The position numbers were made by a program, and so were the translations under genes. The notes beneath the pieces were generated by a model. The model was not told where the DNA came from. It did not search any database and saw nothing but the letters and a program-made list of their open reading frames with translations. A DNA stretch of 40,750 nt from Flavobacteriales bacterium (GTDB taxonomy: Bacteria > Bacteroidota > Bacteroidia > Flavobacteriales_F > PHOS-HE28), in assembly GCA_040383865.1 (NCBI GenBank), contig JBEICT010000002.1, positions 1-40,750 on the forward strand, in the 5' to 3' direction. This document shows, piece after piece, positions 36,190 through 40,750 of this stretch (the stretch's first letter is position 1; each line of letters opens with the position of its first letter).

Positions 36190-37116
36190 ATGAACACCGC
36201 ACAAGAAACCAAGGATATGGTCCGCGCCAAGTACGCGGAGATCGCCAAACAGGACAAAGGCACCAACGCCAGCAGCTGCTGCGGCGCCGGTGGCTGCAGC
36301 ACCGAAGTGGCCACCATCATGAGCGACGATTACAGCGCGCTCGACGGCTACAACCCCGACGCGGACCTCAGCCTGGGTTGTGGACTCCCAACGGAGTTCG
36401 CACAGATCAAGTCCGGCGACACCGTGCTCGACCTCGGCAGCGGTGCCGGCAACGACTGCTTCGTGGCCCGCCACGCCACCGGGCCGGACGGCCGCGTGAT
36501 CGGTGTTGACTTCACCCCCGAGATGATCGCCAAGGCGAAAGAGAACGCCCGCAAGCTGGACTACCAGAACGTGGAGTTCCGTAAGGGCGACATCGAAGCG
36601 CTGCCCCTCAGCGCCTGCATGGTGGATGTGGTGGTGAGCAACTGTGTGTTGAACCTGGTGCCCAACAAGCGCCAGGCCTTGAGCGAGGTACTGCGCGTGC
36701 TGAAGCCCGGAGGCCATTTCAGCATCAGCGATGTGGTGTTGGTGGGCCAACTGCCCGCACAACTGCAGGGCGCCGCGGAGATGTACGCCGGTTGCGTGAG
36801 CGGTGCACTGCAGCAGGATGAATACCTCAGCATCATCCGCGAACTGGGTTTCGAGGACATTACCGTCCAGAAGCGCAAGCCGATCATCATCCCCGATGAC
36901 ATCCTTTCCAACTACCTCAGCACCGACGAGATCACGGTGTTCAAGGCCAGTGGCACCGGCATCTTCAGCGTCACCGTGTTCGCGAAGAAGAGCACCGTGG
37001 ACTGCTGTGGTAGTGGCGGGGGTGCGACTCCGGGTCAAGCCCGGAGTGACAAAGCCGCGAACCCCGAAGGCGTGCATGCCCTGCCCGGTTGCGACCTGGG
37101 TTCGGGCTGCTGCTGA
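36190..37116 (+). CDS. arsM: Arsenite S-adenosylmethionine methyltransferase
   Basis: NASSCCGAGGCS, VLDLGSGAGNDCF (SAM motif I), VDVVVSNCVLNL, and a Cys-rich C-terminal tail DCCG...GCDLGSGCC. Confidence 0.88.
   Translation: MNTAQETKDMVRAKYAEIAKQDKGTNASSCCGAGGCSTEVATIMSDDYSALDGYNPDADLSLGCGLPTEFAQIKSGDTVLDLGSGAGNDCFVARHATGPDGRVIGVDFTPEMIAKAKENARKLDYQNVEFRKGDIEALPLSACMVDVVVSNCVLNLVPNKRQALSEVLRVLKPGGHFSISDVVLVGQLPAQLQGAAEMYAGCVSGALQQDEYLSIIRELGFEDITVQKRKPIIIPDDILSNYLSTDEITVFKASGTGIFSVTVFAKKSTVDCCGSGGGATPGQARSDKAANPEGVHALPGCDLGSGCC
37024..37056. repeat. 33-nt element, copy 2, inside arsM in frame (encodes ATPGQARSDKA, codons 279-289)
   Basis: Exact 33/33 match to 36157-36189. (37024-36190) is divisible by 3, so the element starts on a codon boundary. 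Confidence 0.9.
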
Positions 37117-37182
37117 ACCCAACACCACCTCATCATGCTCATCCCCACCCTGCTTCTGTCAATGCTCATCCCTGAGGCACCC

Positions 37183-37812
37183 ATGGAACGCACCCTGCAC
37201 CCCGACCTGCAACGCTACGTGAACGACCGTGTGCTGCCCGCCATGGCCGCCATCCCTGCGGAACGCAAGGAAAGCCTGGACCTCATCGCCGCATTCGTGA
37301 AGGAACGCAAGGCCGCCGGAGCTACCGCCGACCTCACCTTCATCTGCACGCACAACAGTCGGCGCAGTCACCTGAGCCAGCTGTGGGCGGCCACTGCGGC
37401 GTGGAGCTTCGCCCAGGACCATGTGCGCACTTTCAGCGGCGGCACCGAGGCCACGGCCTTCAACCCGCGCGCTGTGGCTGCGGTGGAACGCGCAGGCTTC
37501 CAGGTGGTGAGGCCCGAAGGGAAGAATCCGGTCTACGAAGTGTCCTTCGCGAAAGGCCAGGCCGCCGAACGCTGCTGGAGCAAGAAGTACGACGATGCCG
37601 CCAACCCCCAGAAGGATTTCTGCGCCGTGATGACCTGCTCGGAGGCCGACAAGAACTGCCCCATCGTGTTCGGTGCGCTCGACCGCATCAGCCTGCCCTA
37701 CAACGACCCAAAGGAGGCGGACAATACGCCAGAGGAATCCGCGCGCTACGATGAGCGCTGTCTGCAGATCGCGACAGAGCTGTGGTACGTGATGCAACAA
37801 GCTGCGCTTTGA
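37183..37812 (+). CDS. Low-molecular-weight phosphatase family protein (ArsC-like arsenate reductase of the LMW-PTP type)
   Basis: P-loop FICTHNSRRSH (CX5R-S) and position within the ars operon. The track start 37135 adds a hydrophobic extension; ATG 37183 (MERTLHPDL) is preferred. Confidence 0.75.
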   Translation: MERTLHPDLQRYVNDRVLPAMAAIPAERKESLDLIAAFVKERKAAGATADLTFICTHNSRRSHLSQLWAATAAWSFAQDHVRTFSGGTEATAFNPRAVAAVERAGFQVVRPEGKNPVYEVSFAKGQAAERCWSKKYDDAANPQKDFCAVMTCSEADKNCPIVFGALDRISLPYNDPKEADNTPEESARYDERCLQIATELWYVMQQAAL

Positions 37813-37825
37813 AATACATGGAACC

Positions 37826-37960
37826 GTGAATGAACGGGAATGAACATGAATAGCTGCCGGACCTCGGCCCCAACCTCGACGGCCATTACCGAACCTCAGC
37901 GTTCTGGCGGCAGTAGGTGCGAACCCGAATTTCATTCCCGTTCATTCCTGTCCATTCCCG
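37826..37960. repeat. Inverted arrays of tandem decamers (CGTGAATGAA CGGGAATGAA CATGAAT ... TTCATTCCCG TTCATTCCTG TCCATTCCCG) giving a perfect 17-bp inverted repeat
   Basis: gaatgaacgggaatgaa at 37828-37844 is the exact reverse complement of ttcattcccgttcattc at 37931-37947. An inner CTGCCG/CGGCAG pair lies at about 37853 and 37905. Confidence 0.8.
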
Positions 37961-37976
37961 GTTGAATTCAAGTACT

Positions 37977-39017
37977 ATGAGCGACTCCACCCCTACCATC
38001 GGATCCTTCGAGAAATACCTCACCGCCTGGGTGTTGCTTTGCATCGCCGTGGGCATTGCCATGGGCAAGGTCGCAGGCACCGGCATGCAGGTCATTGCCG
38101 ACCTGGAGATCAACACCGTGAACATCCCCGTGGCCATCCTCATCTGGCTGATGATCTACCCCATGATGGTGCAGGTGGACTTTGACAGCGTGCGCCGCAT
38201 CGGGCCACAGCTGAAAGGGCTCGGCCTCACCGTGGTGGTCAACTGGCTGATCAAGCCTTTCACCATGGCCTTCTTCGCGTGGGTGTTCTTCACCAAGCTC
38301 TACGCCGCCTGGATCACGCCCGAGCTGGCCAACGAGTACATCGCAGGTGCCATTCTCCTTGGTGCTGCGCCTTGTACGGCCATGGTCTTCGTATGGAGCT
38401 ACCTCAGCGGCGGCGATCCCAACTACACGCTGGTGCAGGTGAGCGTGAACGACCTGCTGTTGCTCCTGCTATTCATCCCCATCGTACAGCTACTGCTCGG
38501 CATCACCGGCATCGCCATCCCCTGGGGCGTGCTCAGCACGTCCGTGATCGTGTTCGTCGTCATTCCACTGGTGGCCGGCTACCTCACGCACCGGTGGCTG
38601 ATGCGCAGCAAGGGCGAGGCCTGGTTCAAGACACGCTTCCTGCCAGCACTGAAACCGCTCTCCATCACTGCGCTGCTGGCCACACTGGTGCTTCTCTTCG
38701 CCTTCCAGGGGGAAAAGATCCTGACCAACCCGTTGGATATCCTGCTGATCGCCATCCCGCTGTCGTTGCAGACCTACTTCATCTTCTTCCTCAGCTGGAA
38801 AGGAGGACGCTGGCTCGGACTCAACTACCGTACCTGCGCGCCCGCCAGCATGATCGGGGCCAGCAACTTCTTCGAACTGGCCGTGGCCGTGGCCATCGCC
38901 CTCTTCGGCCTGAACAGCGGTGCCGCGTTGGTCACCGTGGTGGGCGTGCTGATCGAAGTGCCGATCATGTTGCACCTGGTGCGGATCGCGAAGCGGTGGA
39001 AGTACGATGCCACGTAG
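37977..39017 (+). CDS. acr3: ACR3 family arsenite efflux transporter
   Basis: GSFEKYLTAWVLLCIAVGIAMGK, LGAAPCTAMVFVWS, about ten TM helices. The track ORF from 37917 is an over-extension; ATG 37977 (MSDSTPTIG) is preferred. Confidence 0.9.
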   Translation: MSDSTPTIGSFEKYLTAWVLLCIAVGIAMGKVAGTGMQVIADLEINTVNIPVAILIWLMIYPMMVQVDFDSVRRIGPQLKGLGLTVVVNWLIKPFTMAFFAWVFFTKLYAAWITPELANEYIAGAILLGAAPCTAMVFVWSYLSGGDPNYTLVQVSVNDLLLLLLFIPIVQLLLGITGIAIPWGVLSTSVIVFVVIPLVAGYLTHRWLMRSKGEAWFKTRFLPALKPLSITALLATLVLLFAFQGEKILTNPLDILLIAIPLSLQTYFIFFLSWKGGRWLGLNYRTCAPASMIGASNFFELAVAVAIALFGLNSGAALVTVVGVLIEVPIMLHLVRIAKRWKYDAT

Positions 39018-39032
39018 CACTATCTTAATGCC

Positions 39033-39485
39033 ATGGAACCCCGCACCACCTCCCTCCTCGCCCTCTTCACCGAAGGCCGCACCCGCTTCACCAAGGTGCT
39101 CGACACGCTCACCGCGGCCGACCTGCCGAAGAAGCTGGCCCCATCGCCCAACAGCGCCGGCTTCCTGGTCCGCCACATCGGCGACGTGGAGCTGCTCTTC
39201 GCCAAGAACGTGTTCGGTTTGCAAGGCGTGAACGTGCATGCCAGCACCGTGGCCAAGGGACACGATACCGGCGAGTGGACCGACCTGGACGCGCTGAAGG
39301 CCTACGTGCAGGAGAGCGCCGACACGCTGCGTCGCGCCATCGAGGCCACGCCAGAAACCGATTGGGACACGGTGATCGAGACCAAGGAGTTCGGGCGGAA
39401 GACCAAGGCCGAAGCACTGGGCCGCATCGTGACACATACGGCCTACCATGCCGGGCAGCTGGCCATGGTGGTGAATTACGGATAG
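39033..39485 (+). CDS. DinB family protein
   Basis: 150 aa with a helical-bundle pattern, LVRHIGDVELL and C-terminal HTAYHAGQLAMV (His motifs). Confidence 0.65.
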   Translation: MEPRTTSLLALFTEGRTRFTKVLDTLTAADLPKKLAPSPNSAGFLVRHIGDVELLFAKNVFGLQGVNVHASTVAKGHDTGEWTDLDALKAYVQESADTLRRAIEATPETDWDTVIETKEFGRKTKAEALGRIVTHTAYHAGQLAMVVNYG

Positions 39486-39505
39486 GGCCCACGTCCGGTG
39501 CGACC

Positions 39506-40273
39506 ATGGACGCCTCCTATCTCCTGATCCCCGCAGCCGCACTGGGCGCCTCGTTGGTCACCCTGATCAGCGGCTTCGGCCTGGGCACCTTGCTGCTGCC
39601 GGTCTTCGCGCTCTTCTTCCCGCTGGAGGTGGCGATCCTGCTCACCGCCGTGGTGCATCTGCTCAATAATCTCTTCAAACTGGGTCTTCTCTGGACCGAC
39701 ATCCATTGGCGCACCACCCTGCTCTTCGGCGTACCGGGTATTCTCGGCGCCTTCATCGGTGCCACGCTGATGCTCTCACTCGGCACACGCGCAACGCTCT
39801 ATGAAGGTGTATTCCATTCCGTGGACCCGTTGGACCTCGTCATCGCCGGGCTCATGCTCGTGTTCGGCCTCTTCGAGCTCTCCAAGACCCTGAACACCCT
39901 CTCGCTCCCGCCGAACTGGCTTGTGCCGGGTGGGTTCATCAGCGGCTTCTTCGGTGGACTGAGCGGCCACCAGGGCGCGCTGCGCAGCCTTTTCCTGCTC
40001 CGCAGCGGACTGGCCAAGGAAGCCTTCATTGCCAGCGGCGTGGCCATCGCCTGCCTCGTTGACCTCACCCGGCTGCCCACCTACCTCAGCGGTGGCACGC
40101 TGGCCGACATTCAGGAGCAATGGCCCCTGTTGATCGCTGCAACGCTCGCCGCATTTATCGGTGCGTGGTGGGGCCGCAAGCTCATCCCCAAGGTGACCAT
40201 GCGGGCTGTGCAGCTCACCGTCGGGCTCCTCATTCTCACCATCGCCATTTTCCTCTCCACCGGCATCATCTAA
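39506..40273 (+). CDS. TSUP (TauE/SafE) family membrane transporter
   Basis: MDASYLLIPAAALGASLVTLISGFGLGTLLLPVF, ISGFFGGLSGHQGALRS, about eight TM helices. The track ORF from 39275 overlaps the DinB gene. Confidence 0.75.
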   Translation: MDASYLLIPAAALGASLVTLISGFGLGTLLLPVFALFFPLEVAILLTAVVHLLNNLFKLGLLWTDIHWRTTLLFGVPGILGAFIGATLMLSLGTRATLYEGVFHSVDPLDLVIAGLMLVFGLFELSKTLNTLSLPPNWLVPGGFISGFFGGLSGHQGALRSLFLLRSGLAKEAFIASGVAIACLVDLTRLPTYLSGGTLADIQEQWPLLIAATLAAFIGAWWGRKLIPKVTMRAVQLTVGLLILTIAIFLSTGII

Positions 40274-40283
40274 GCCGCATGCC

Positions 40284-40750
40284 ATGAGCTCGTCGCTTGG
40301 GCGCAACAGCGCCGGACCACACCTCGGCCTGCGCGCCAACTGGAAGCAGTTCACCCTGCTCGTCATCGTCAACGCCTTCGTGGGCGGCATGGTGGGCATC
40401 GAACGCACGGTGCTGCCCGTGCTCGCTGAACTGGAGTTCGGCATCGCCTCGCACGCGGCAGCGCTCAGCTTCATCATGGCCTTCGGCATCAGCAAGGCGC
40501 TGGCCAACTACTTCACCGGAAGGCTGGCCTGGCGCTACGGACGCAAGGCACTGCTCGTGACCGGTTGGGTGCTCGCGTTGCCCGTGCCCTTCATGCTCAT
40601 CTACGCCGATGCGTGGGCCTGGGTGGTGGCGGCGAACATCCTGTTGGGCATCCACCAGGGCTTCGCGTGGAGCAGCACGGTGGTGATGAAGGTGGATCTG
40701 GTTGGCGAGAAGGACCGCGGCCTGGCCATGGGCCTCAATGAGTTCGCCGG
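40284..40750 (+). CDS. MFS transporter, N-terminal part only (runs off the window end)
   Basis: Absent from the ORF track because there is no stop in the window. Hand translation from ATG 40284 stays stop-free to the window end: MSSSLGRNSAGPHLGLRANWKQFTLLVIVNAFVGGMVGIERTVLPVLAE...FTGRLAWRYGRKALLV (MFS motif A-like)...VDLVGEKDRGLAMGLNEFA. Confidence 0.75.
   Translation, partial: MSSSLGRNSAGPHLGLRANWKQFTLLVIVNAFVGGMVGIERTVLPVLAELEFGIASHAAALSFIMAFGISKALANYFTGRLAWRYGRKALLVTGWVLALPVPFMLIYADAWAWVVAANILLGIHQGFAWSSTVVMKVDLVGEKDRGLAMGLNEFA

Noticed and set aside
36157-37056. Integron gene cassette (attC sites) flanking arsM
   Set aside because: The 33-mer lacks the RYYYAAC/GTTRRRY core sites. The second copy lies inside the coding sequence rather than after the stop. 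No integrase gene is present in the window.
35806-37128. 440-aa minus-strand ORF covering arsR-arsM
   Set aside because: It is antisense to two genes with clear family motifs. It is rich in Ala/Gly/His/Val with no recognisable domain, and it merely contains the reverse translation of both 33-nt repeats (GFVTPGLTRSR twice).

Overview
High-GC (about mid-60s % by eye) bacterial chromosomal segment, almost certainly Bacteroidota. The basis is a T9SS C-terminal sorting domain, DUF3822-rsmD-coaD synteny, TAnnTTTG-type -7 boxes close to start codons, and no Shine-Dalgarno sites. Three zones. (1) 1-20.5 kb is accessory. It holds two tandem minus-strand genes for very large secreted adhesin-like proteins; one is a ~1784-aa T9SS cargo built from about 19 copies of a 39-aa four-cysteine repeat. 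A compact four-gene hybrid NRPS-PKS operon is transcribed divergently from them: A-T-KS-AT-ACP-aminotransferase | C-A-T-TE | free TE | Sfp-type PPTase. I cannot assign this operon to a known pathway, and it is the best candidate for new biology here. (2) 20.5-35.2 kb is housekeeping: RecD-like helicase, DUF3822, rsmD, coaD, thioredoxin-fold protein, NUDIX, pyrE, SRPBCC, MsbA-like ABC exporter, rsmG, sigma factor, GT2, tgt, LptF/G. (3) 35.2-40.75 kb is an arsenic island: arsR-arsM-LMW phosphatase-acr3, then DinB, TSUP and a truncated MFS gene. It sits in repeat-rich intergenic DNA with a REP-like hairpin cluster, a perfect 33-nt repeat bracketing arsM (one copy in frame inside the gene), and decamer and GGGGAATGA-type arrays. 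Two edge-truncated genes (1..2611 minus, 40284..40750 plus) are absent from the ORF track and were recovered by hand translation. Many long ORFs on the track are antisense shadows or 5' over-extensions of real genes. All assignments rest on motifs read by eye; no database search was possible.
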